Of a stretch of 64,000 nt of DNA, positions 19,201 through 26,481 are shown one piece after another. The stretch is from positions 13,514-77,513 of the forward strand of contig JAZQSE010000012.1 in assembly GCA_045629945.1 (NCBI GenBank), read 5' to 3'. How positions within the stretch are numbered: the stretch's first letter is position 1; each line of letters opens with the position of its first letter. This DNA comes from Fibrobacteraceae bacterium. GTDB taxonomy: Bacteria > Fibrobacterota > Fibrobacteria > Fibrobacterales > Fibrobacteraceae. The notes under the pieces were generated by a model. The model made no database searches and was not told where the DNA came from. It was given only the letters and a program-made list of their open reading frames with translations. The position numbers were made by a program, and so were the translations under genes.

Positions 19201-19368
19201 ACTGGTTCATCACTTGCAGGTAAACGCATAACATTTCATACAAACAAATTAAAGATTGTTTTAGATAGTGATAACGAGGATACCCGAGATTTTGGTTATA
19301 GAATTAAAAAGATTGAAAGTTTACCTTACACCATTTTACCTATACTTTTTAAGGCTGCCACAGAATAA
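16288..19368 (+). CDS. Secreted multidomain subtilase (peptidase S8): CBM3, I9-like propeptide, S8 catalytic domain, P-domain-like beta-sandwich, CUB-like domain
   Basis: Catalytic triad contexts VGVYDTGIDWSHPDF (Asp), HATTVAGILGG (His) and GGTSMSAPFVSGIAAL (Ser), plus GAGNNG for the oxyanion Asn. The N-terminus aligns block by block with CipA CBM3a (LKITNTSTTSI..., IHFRIHKNNWSAWDCSKDFSY, LLWGVDP). The C-terminus CGVVSPYPP...C.Y...IYIYDAKDKLLGKYTG...KLKIVLDSDNEDTRDFGYRIKKI fits the CUB pattern. Confidence 0.88.
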   Translation: MLRGLCLLLLFAIQLLAKEQVPLTIQLLSERHRTEWNWVEYRLKITNTSTTSIINPDVYYFAENTEDSSLVLDVDYVTYFYSTKVESFITGTYNIFQIKLTGVLQPSQSLDIHFRIHKNNWSAWDCSKDFSYQQKSATQEPHYWVAVYDASKELLWGVDPVSGKRKSDVVLWYDRGGKSVIYPYSGDSTEILNPGRFWLLKETPLSSKERKLLKQNGVDDLEGSKYQGFSLYLLKVHSKQMKKILNENMYGFYNTFPVDDTTKLTLELLPEEENLDSLSITISCFADVSMEVCKSIAQNCGVKNVEIDHHEILGLLSKNQKDCLLEHNDIEYVGVVRLGAPLNDVGREAIHVTELQNSEEWKNYLKQKNADLEWLSNAGYTGEGIVVGVYDTGIDWSHPDFNEIDENGNMVPRKVRKEELFVKEENKDNVLKEMKEYNPSDPEKDEPWHATTVAGILGGNGSFSPEYKYRGVAPKVHFYSGANGYNGQIGHVVNHSHVDNNKCGLYEITNYNVDKNIFNNWKTFTDDGDTLTKAVVVGAGNNGFASPGEKYGYQIGYHSILSNSKNAITVGNYSALTGIRFSKSSMGPTWDGRIKPDVMAPGAELEIVNEKVIPIHSPYPCNEKNMESCYFDMPDGGTSMSAPFVSGIAALIYQRYREITGIPLDKKSLRNSTIKAMLIHTAEDMEVSITEETKKYMRPNPDITHSENDGNNYYTPYGKGPDFATGWGKVNAKKVLQVLEENRYLETEIANGVEKRWNLYIAPSKDAFRVTMVWDDAYGKIDSIIPPKLFYTDSKLVNDLDIYLISPSGKYHYPWKLNPLPTDELEKTTFGWRYKGTEKIKLSDIQDAVRDCNKPYKLDSECFDHLNNVEVVDVDNPESGIWQVVVMGTSVTQGNGILDTSAQVVSLASDVSLNDSICGVVSPYPPMSTLQCEYDLGDNLENYVIFGEEATLGSGDTIYIYDAKDKLLGKYTGSSLAGKRITFHTNKLKIVLDSDNEDTRDFGYRIKKIESLPYTILPILFKAATE

Positions 19369-19379
19369 GGAGGTAAAAT

Positions 19380-20471
19380 ATGAAAAAAATATTATTTTCC
19401 TTTTATGTTTTATGCATTTTTCTCATCACATCTTTTGCTGAAAAAGAATTGCAAGTTATTGAATTTACGGATGAACAATTTTTAACAGAATATTATGCAA
19501 ATTTTTTTTCTATGGATATCTTTGATAGTTGTTATATCAAAGATTATATGGAAGAATTATACAATGTCCCCGCAACAGACAGTGTTGCTATTTATAATAC
19601 ATTAGATTGGTATGATTATTATGATATATATTTTTACGATTGTTCGGCATCTCAGGAAATTGAAATCATGCCTTTTGGAGTATTATCAAATGCTACATAC
19701 AATTTAATTCCAAATGAAAATTATTACCAATTAAACCGAATCTATTTTTCGTTTCAAAAAGAAGGTCTTATTTATCATGAACCTATGAATCCGGATATTA
19801 TGTTCGCAACAGTTTACATGTATACAAATTTATTAACTTTTCCAATTAAAAACACAAAAGTTTATTTTGTGTTATCTGCAAATTTTCATGAAAATCGTAT
19901 AGACTCTCTATGGATTCCAAAATGTTATAAAGAAACAGACTGCAATGTAAAATTCCCATTAAACATGTCAAATTTTTTTGAAATAGAAGATATTAAGGAT
20001 TCTTTGATTTATTTAGAGAATTTTTCAGATTCAACAACTGATTCAACGGCTCAAAAAAGTATACATGGAATGGTATTCAAAGATAATCAAAAACATTATT
20101 TTTTATATAAAAAAGACACAACATACAAAGCTCTATGCGTTTTTGATCCAACACCATTTCATTACTATTCAGATCTAACCTCCTGTACATATTATACAGA
20201 CATGAAAATAGGTTGTTTTTTTTCAAAAAACGATTGGACAGAGTTTGATTCATTACCACAATTAAAAAATAAGGATAATATTTCTTACGCTAATACTTAT
20301 GCTTCTCCATATCCGTGTCAACTGGAAAATAATCCTATTCGTAAACATATAATACAACGCAACTCTTTTCTTCCACACATTTTCCAAATCAACGGACGTA
20401 AAGTTTCAAATAAAAATGCTTCTGGAGTTTACGTTTCAAAAGATGGCGCAAAAGTTGAATTGCAAAAGTGA
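19380..20471 (+). CDS. Secreted protein, island paralog B, with T9SS-CTD-like C-terminus
   Basis: Has a signal peptide and the blocks DSLWIP, YFLYKKDTTYKALC and SCTYYTDMKIGC. The C-terminus is IFQINGRKVSNKNASGVYVSKDGAKVELQK. Its ATG lies 11 nt after the subtilase stop, behind AAGGAGG. Confidence 0.7.
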   Translation: MKKILFSFYVLCIFLITSFAEKELQVIEFTDEQFLTEYYANFFSMDIFDSCYIKDYMEELYNVPATDSVAIYNTLDWYDYYDIYFYDCSASQEIEIMPFGVLSNATYNLIPNENYYQLNRIYFSFQKEGLIYHEPMNPDIMFATVYMYTNLLTFPIKNTKVYFVLSANFHENRIDSLWIPKCYKETDCNVKFPLNMSNFFEIEDIKDSLIYLENFSDSTTDSTAQKSIHGMVFKDNQKHYFLYKKDTTYKALCVFDPTPFHYYSDLTSCTYYTDMKIGCFFSKNDWTEFDSLPQLKNKDNISYANTYASPYPCQLENNPIRKHIIQRNSFLPHIFQINGRKVSNKNASGVYVSKDGAKVELQK

Positions 20472-20473
20472 TT

Positions 20474-20629
20474 AGGTAAACGTATGACGCTTCGTACAAA
20501 CAAATTAAAGATTGTTTTAGATAGCGATAACGATGGAGTTGAAGGTTTTGGTTATAGAATTAAAAAGATTGAAAGTTTACCTTACACCATTTTACCTATA
20601 CTTTTTAAGGCTGCCACAGAATAAGGAGG
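20474..20629 (+). pseudogene. Relic copy of the subtilase 3' end (last third of the CUB-like domain, stop codon and RBS)
   Basis: Gap-free manual alignment to 19218-19373 gives 15 mismatches in 156 nt, with the last 84 nt identical. It retains an in-frame 46-codon remnant ORF at 20484-20624. Confidence 0.8.
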
Positions 20630-20633
20630 GAAT

Positions 20634-21752
20634 ATGAAAAAGCTTGCTTATATAATAGCCTTCTTTGCGTTACTAGGGTATGCACAAACTCCTCAGATTT
20701 TTATGGAAACATGGAAACCATACATAATTGATGAGGAGAAAAACTCTCAAATAATTAACATTTGGTATTTATGGGAGTATAAAGACTATTGGCATATTGA
20801 TGGGTATTGGGTTGTTGATTCAATACAATCAATAAATTTTCCTTTAGAGTCTAATTATAGTGGCGAGAATTTAATCATAGATGAGTATTATTATGATAAT
20901 CAATCATATGAATCAATAAAGGTAATCGATTTTAATTCTACGCAACTTTTAGATACATCTTCTGCAATGTATGTATTAAGTACTCATGATAATAAAAATT
21001 GCATAGGAAAAAGAGATGATTGTTTTGAAAATTATGGATTTTCTTTTTTAATAAAAAATAATTTTCAAGACTCATTGTGGTTAGCTTCCAAAAATTATAA
21101 AGGGGAAAATGGAATAGATTTCAGAAATGATTTTATGGAATGGCGAGGATGGCATGAACTTGAATATAAAAATGATTACTTAGATACTATATATCACTTT
21201 AATAAAGATTCAACAGAAAATAAAAATTTTTCACTAAATGTTAGAAGAACAGATTCACTTTTTTTTGTCTATAAAAAAGACACCTCTTTTGCTGTATGTT
21301 ACAACAATTATGAATGCTTTACTTATCTTTTGGGAAGTATTGATGAATCTGACACTATTTGTACAAATGTTTCTGACGATCAAAGCCAGTGTTTAGAAGG
21401 TTATTATACTAAAAGGGAACAATATCGTCACCATTTTAATAAGTCTCTTAAATGTTATTATGGTAATGAAAGTAAAGTAAAATATTTTATAAGTAAAATT
21501 TCTAATAAAACAAATTTATGTCCGTCAGAATCTTTCCTAACATCTACTATACTAATTACTGAACCCTTTTCTTTAAAGGAGTCTTATTTACCACCCGAAG
21601 AAACTATTGTTATAAAATCAAGATTCAAAGAAAAACAAAATCATTTTATAAAATCAAATTTTTATAATATCAACGGACGTAAAGCTTCAAATAAAAATGC
21701 CTCTGGAGTTTACGTCTCAAAAGATGGCGCAAAAGTTGAATTAAAAAAGTAA
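20634..21752 (+). CDS. Secreted protein, island paralog C, with T9SS-CTD-like C-terminus
   Basis: Signal peptide MKKLAYIIAFFALLGYAQT. Blocks DSLWLAS, DFRNDF, DSLFFVYKKDTSFAVC and CTNVSDDQSQC. C-terminus FYNINGRKASNKNASGVYVSKDGAKVELKK. Confidence 0.7.
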   Translation: MKKLAYIIAFFALLGYAQTPQIFMETWKPYIIDEEKNSQIINIWYLWEYKDYWHIDGYWVVDSIQSINFPLESNYSGENLIIDEYYYDNQSYESIKVIDFNSTQLLDTSSAMYVLSTHDNKNCIGKRDDCFENYGFSFLIKNNFQDSLWLASKNYKGENGIDFRNDFMEWRGWHELEYKNDYLDTIYHFNKDSTENKNFSLNVRRTDSLFFVYKKDTSFAVCYNNYECFTYLLGSIDESDTICTNVSDDQSQCLEGYYTKREQYRHHFNKSLKCYYGNESKVKYFISKISNKTNLCPSESFLTSTILITEPFSLKESYLPPEETIVIKSRFKEKQNHFIKSNFYNINGRKASNKNASGVYVSKDGAKVELKK

Positions 21753-21893
21753 CAAGCATGCTGTTCTGCATTTACGAGAAGATTGAGTTCTTGTAAAAAA
21801 TCCATGTTTTCTAAAATTTACTTGCTTTTGTTTTTTTTGTTTACATTCAAGATTAAAGCAATAATTTTGATTTAGAAACAAGGATTTGGAAAA

Positions 21894-22307
21894 ATGCATA
21901 TTACAGAGAGCGAACTTGACAAATTAATCAAGGACTTACTCAAAATTCACTTCATTTACGTAGCCAAGGAAGATAGTCAAAAAGTTGATGATTACTTAAA
22001 AAATTTAACTCTATTTACAAAACAAACACCTATTTTTACGCAAACAAAACCAATACCTATTCATTGTTATATTCAAAATGTAGAAGTTTCCTCTAATTCT
22101 TTTAAAAATCGTTTCATAGAAAAGGGTTCCTGTAAAGTTAAGCGTCATTACGAGAATGGAACTAACGATGAATATTCATGGAAAATAACAACCCACCCTC
22201 ATCAAATTTCCTTTTCTAAGGATTCTAATTTATTTGGAAACCTTCGCTCTAAAAGGTGGTATCGCGACAAGGCAAAATCTTTACGTTTAATTGAACTTAT
22301 TTTGTAA
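21894..22307 (+). CDS. Hypothetical cytoplasmic protein (orphan)
   Basis: 137-aa ORF with no signal peptide and no motif I recognise. It ends 30 nt upstream of lysA. Confidence 0.4.
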   Translation: MHITESELDKLIKDLLKIHFIYVAKEDSQKVDDYLKNLTLFTKQTPIFTQTKPIPIHCYIQNVEVSSNSFKNRFIEKGSCKVKRHYENGTNDEYSWKITTHPHQISFSKDSNLFGNLRSKRWYRDKAKSLRLIELIL

Positions 22308-22336
22308 GCCCTACAACATTTTACTAAATTTTCTTT

Positions 22337-23596
22337 ATGAATTACTCTATTCCTAAAGATATTTTTGTAAAGGCTGCCGAAGAATACGGAACGCCGCTTT
22401 GGATTTATAACCGTGAAACTATCGAGCAACGAGTTAAAGAAACTAAAGTTTTTGACGTTGTTCGGTATGCACAGAAAGCAAATTCAAACCTTTCCATTTT
22501 AGCTTTAATGAAACGCCTTGGCGTTGTAGTAGATGCCGTTTCGGCGGGCGAAATTGTTCGTGCTTTAAAAGCCGGTTACAAAGGTGGAATAGAAAAAGGG
22601 AAAGCTCCAGAAATTGTTTATACTGCTGACATTTTCGACGCAGACGCTTTGGAACTTGTAAAGCAACATAAAATTCCAGTGAATATTGGCTCTCCAGATA
22701 TGATTGAACAACTGGCTGCGGCAGGTATTCGTACAGACCTTACACTTCGCGTGAATCCTGGTTTTGGACATGGTCACTCAAGCAAGGTAAATACTGGTGG
22801 TGATTTATCAAAGCATGGCGTTTGGCATGAACAAATTAAAGAATGTGTTAAGTTAGCTCAAAAACATGGAATGTGGATTTCCGGCTTACACATGCATATT
22901 GGTTCGGGTTCGGACTTTGAGCATTTAGCCAAAGTTTGCGATTCTATGTGCGATGCAGCCCGCGCTCTTGGAAGCCATCTGAAAACAATTTCAGCCGGTG
23001 GCGGTCTCCCGATTTCTTATAAAGAAGAAGATAAGGGAAATCGAATTGATATGCAGCTTTATTTTGAACTTTGGGATAAAGCAAGAAAGCGTATTGAGCA
23101 AAGTATCGGCCACGCGGTTTCTTTAGAAGTTGAGCCAGGGCGTTATCTTGTAGCAGAAAGTGGTTATCTCGTATCAGAAATTAGAGCTATCAAAAAACAA
23201 GCCGATAATACATTCTACTTAGTGAATGCAGGCTTTACCGATTTGGTTCGCCCGAGTTTCTATGGTAGTTATCATGGGATTTCTATTATACCTCGCGACA
23301 GCCGCGAATTGAATGAATCCGAAAATGTCATTGTGGCAGGCCCTCTTTGCGAATCAGGGGACGTATTCACTCAAGAAGAAGGCGGTTTTGTTGTTACCCG
23401 TAATTTGCCCAAAGCACAAGTCGGTGATTTGTTGATTCTCCATGATGCTGGTGCTTACGGTGCTTCTATGAGCAGTAATTATAATAGCCGTCGTTATGCT
23501 GCAGAAGCTATGTATTCAAAAGGTGAACTCAAACTTATAAGAGAAAGGCAATCTTTTGAACAGATGCTTCAAAACGATAAAGTGATTGATTTTTAA
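22337..23596 (+). CDS. lysA: Diaminopimelate decarboxylase
   Basis: YAQKANSN (PLP Lys), HMHIGSG, GGGLPISY, EPGRYLVAESG and CESGDVF. Confidence 0.9.
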   Translation: MNYSIPKDIFVKAAEEYGTPLWIYNRETIEQRVKETKVFDVVRYAQKANSNLSILALMKRLGVVVDAVSAGEIVRALKAGYKGGIEKGKAPEIVYTADIFDADALELVKQHKIPVNIGSPDMIEQLAAAGIRTDLTLRVNPGFGHGHSSKVNTGGDLSKHGVWHEQIKECVKLAQKHGMWISGLHMHIGSGSDFEHLAKVCDSMCDAARALGSHLKTISAGGGLPISYKEEDKGNRIDMQLYFELWDKARKRIEQSIGHAVSLEVEPGRYLVAESGYLVSEIRAIKKQADNTFYLVNAGFTDLVRPSFYGSYHGISIIPRDSRELNESENVIVAGPLCESGDVFTQEEGGFVVTRNLPKAQVGDLLILHDAGAYGASMSSNYNSRRYAAEAMYSKGELKLIRERQSFEQMLQNDKVIDF

Positions 23597-23631
23597 CTCT
23601 AAATTCTCATTATTCATAATGTTTTAACCTT

Positions 23632-23668
23632 TTCTCCGATAGCTGCGCTATCGGAGAAATCTTTTTTT
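23632..23668 (+). terminator. Intrinsic terminator after lysA
   Basis: TTCTCCGATAGC-TGC-GCTATCGGAGAA stem followed by a T-run. Confidence 0.8.
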
Positions 23669-23776
23669 CGCATTTATCCTGCAATTTATCGCCTTTTTAG
23701 AAATGAGAAAAAAAGCCAATAATAAATTTTTTATATTTGAATCACTCAAATTTTCCCTTTCAAAAAAAGGACCTTT

Positions 23777-24946
23777 ATGTCTGATCGTTTTATCGTGACT
23801 GGTAATTTCACGGATGACCCGTTTGCTATTGATATGGCTCAATACATTGGTCTTCGTGAAGACATTTCCGATATGGTTTCTCTAAAAACCTTTGCCAATT
23901 CTGAATTCTGCCCTCGTTATATGCTTGATGCAGACGATATGGAAAATATCGGGAATCGTTTAGAAGGAAAAATTGTTTTAATCTGCTCTGTTTCAAACCA
24001 TGAACGCAGCCGTAATGATTATGCTATGCGTAATTGCATTCTTGCTCGTGCGGCAAAAGATAACGGAGCAGAACAAGTGGTGCTTGTAGAACCAGACCTT
24101 TTCTATAGTGCTCAAGACCGCGGTCCTCATCGTATAGGTGAACTTGAAAAAGACAGACCAGACGTTGATTTAAAGAAATTTGATGGTCAGGCTTTTACTT
24201 CTCTTCTTTATGCTGAACTTCTGAAAAAATCTGGTGTAGATGCAGTAGTAACCGTTCACAACCACAGTATCAAGGTACAGAATCTCTTTGCTGAAATTTT
24301 TGAAGGAAATTTCCACAACTTGATTCCAACTGAAGTTTACGCTCATTATATCAAAACATCCAACTTTGTACAAACCGGTAAAGATGGCGACAACTTAGTA
24401 ATAGTTGCTCCGGATAAAGGAGCAAGGCCATTTATGAACGCCGTCTTTGATTCTTTGCAATTATCTGAATGCAAACGCGTGGTTATGGATAAAGTCCGTA
24501 CTGGCGAACGCGAAATCAGTATGACTTTTAACCCAGAATTATCTGACATTAGTATTGAAGAAATTGAAGGGAAAGATGTCATCGTATTTGACGACATGGT
24601 TCGCACTGGTACAACCATCGTTCAATGCTGTGAACATATTAAGAAAGGCAATCCAAACCGTGTTTGCTTTGGCGTAACGCATTTTCATACAAGTCCGGAA
24701 GCTCGTGAAAAATTAAATAGCCCTGCTATTGATGAAATTCTCACGACATCGACTCTTCCAGATATTATGAACCGCGATTGCCAAGGCCGCCTTCGTCGTA
24801 AACTTACCGTGATGAAACTTGGAAAATGGCTTGCTCGTCATATTATGGAAATGTATGGTTTAAATGACGGACGTTTCCAAAAAGACTTCTACAAAGTCGA
24901 TATGAGTTCCAAGAACCCTCGTTGGCCGCCTCCTAATTTCTATTAA
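23777..24946 (+). CDS. prs: Ribose-phosphate pyrophosphokinase family protein (long, divergent form)
   Basis: FYSAQDRGP corresponds to the YARQDR block, and VIVFDDMVRTGTTIV is the PRPP-binding loop. At 389 aa it is longer than canonical Prs. Confidence 0.7.
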   Translation: MSDRFIVTGNFTDDPFAIDMAQYIGLREDISDMVSLKTFANSEFCPRYMLDADDMENIGNRLEGKIVLICSVSNHERSRNDYAMRNCILARAAKDNGAEQVVLVEPDLFYSAQDRGPHRIGELEKDRPDVDLKKFDGQAFTSLLYAELLKKSGVDAVVTVHNHSIKVQNLFAEIFEGNFHNLIPTEVYAHYIKTSNFVQTGKDGDNLVIVAPDKGARPFMNAVFDSLQLSECKRVVMDKVRTGEREISMTFNPELSDISIEEIEGKDVIVFDDMVRTGTTIVQCCEHIKKGNPNRVCFGVTHFHTSPEAREKLNSPAIDEILTTSTLPDIMNRDCQGRLRRKLTVMKLGKWLARHIMEMYGLNDGRFQKDFYKVDMSSKNPRWPPPNFY

Positions 24947-25001
24947 TTTTTTTGTTGAACCTCAATAAAATTGGATTCACTTTTCAATAAAAAGGAACCC
25001 T

Positions 25002-26336
25002 ATGAAAGTCACTAGCAGCGACCGCTTAGAAAAACTTCTACCGGATTCTCCAATCCAAAAAATTACTACCCCGATCGAACGCTTGCTTCGAATGGAAATG
25101 ACGGGTGGCATAGTTCTTATTGTAATGACTATCGCCGCGCTATTGTGGGCAAATCTTTCTCCAGATTCCTACAAGCACTTTTTCCACCAAGCAGTTTCAT
25201 TGACTATAGGGTCTTGGACCGGTTCTGCTGACTTACATTGGATTATTAACGATGCTTTAATGACCCTTTTCTTCTTTGTGGTTGGCTTAGAAGTGAAAGG
25301 TGAAATCACTTATGGAGAGCTAAAAGACCCAAAAGCGGCAAGTTTGCCTATTATTGCAGCCGCTGGCGGTATGCTCGCTCCGGCGCTCATATTCTTAGCT
25401 CTTTGCCCTATCGATGCAACTCGTGGCTGGGGAATTCCTACAGCAACCGATATTGCTTTTGTCGTTGGCTGTATGGCAATTCTTGGCAAAAAAGTGCCAC
25501 ATGCTTTACGCGTTATGATTCTGACTCTTGCCATTGCTGACGATATCGGGGCCATTCTCGTGATTGCTATTGGCTACCCTTCTGGCGATGGCGTTGTATT
25601 TACAGCTCTTGGCGTTGCATTTGCTTGTCTTGTCTTAATCAACGTTCTTTTCCGTTTAGGTGTTCGTTCCTTTATGATTCACCTTGTTTTGGGAATTGTT
25701 GTCTGGGCAGCATTTGTAAAAAGTGGCGTTCACCCAACAATTGCAGGTGTTCTTCTTGGCCTTTCTATCCCGGCAAAATCTATTGTCGGTAGTGAAACAC
25801 TTGCTAATTACACTGCACGAATCGGTAACTTCTTACAAGGTGGCCCAGCCATTGACAGCCACCAGAAATTTGAAATTTTTAATACTCTGAAAAAAGGGGC
25901 TCGTGAAAGTGTACCTTTACAAGAACGCCTTTATAAAACATTGAATCCTTGGGTAAATTATCTGATTATGCCAGTTTTTGCTCTTGCAAATGCCGGTGTA
26001 GAAATCAAACTTGGTGGCGGTATTGAAGTTCCTGTGTTGATTGCTGTTGCTGTTGCTTTGATTGTAGGAAAACCTATCGGCATTTTCATTTTCTCTTTCC
26101 TTGCTGTAAAAATCGGTATTTCAAAAAGACCTTCAGGGTATTCTTGGGCAACGCTTCTTGGTGGCGGTATGCTTGCAGGTATCGGTTTCACCATGGCTCT
26201 GTTTGTGTCAAGCCTTGCATTTGAACCAGGTTTACGCCAGGATTCAGCTAAACTCGGCATTTTACTTGGAAGCATTACGGCCGCATTGATAGGAACCATT
26301 TACCTTTCAATACTTGGCAAAGCACAAAAGAAATAA
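25002..26336 (+). CDS. nhaA: Na+/H+ antiporter NhaA
   Basis: 444 aa polytopic protein. WGIPTATDIAFVVG and LAIADDIGAI are NhaA signature blocks. Confidence 0.88.
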   Translation: MKVTSSDRLEKLLPDSPIQKITTPIERLLRMEMTGGIVLIVMTIAALLWANLSPDSYKHFFHQAVSLTIGSWTGSADLHWIINDALMTLFFFVVGLEVKGEITYGELKDPKAASLPIIAAAGGMLAPALIFLALCPIDATRGWGIPTATDIAFVVGCMAILGKKVPHALRVMILTLAIADDIGAILVIAIGYPSGDGVVFTALGVAFACLVLINVLFRLGVRSFMIHLVLGIVVWAAFVKSGVHPTIAGVLLGLSIPAKSIVGSETLANYTARIGNFLQGGPAIDSHQKFEIFNTLKKGARESVPLQERLYKTLNPWVNYLIMPVFALANAGVEIKLGGGIEVPVLIAVAVALIVGKPIGIFIFSFLAVKIGISKRPSGYSWATLLGGGMLAGIGFTMALFVSSLAFEPGLRQDSAKLGILLGSITAALIGTIYLSILGKAQKK

Positions 26337-26370
26337 AAACTGTTTTTTATTTTCTCTCTTCACGGAAAGT

Positions 26371-26391
26371 CGCTTATTTTTAAGCGTTTTT
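26371..26391 (+). terminator. Weak intrinsic terminator after nhaA
   Basis: CGCTTA-TTTT-TAAGCG followed by TTTTT. Confidence 0.4.
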
Positions 26392-26481
26392 AAAGGTTTT
26401 TCTCGTGTTTTAAATCTAGATAATTTCTATTTTGTGGGCGCTTTATTTTCTTAATGCGAAACTTTCGCAAAGAAGCTTATT

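Noticed and set aside
14631-21800. The island as a recognisable mobile element or prophage.
   Set aside because: No integrase, transposase, phage or conjugation genes are present. The only tRNA, at 13171, is separated from the island by rpe and another gene, and I saw no flanking direct repeats of it. Duplication and decay explain the structure better than recent horizontal insertion, although that is not excluded.
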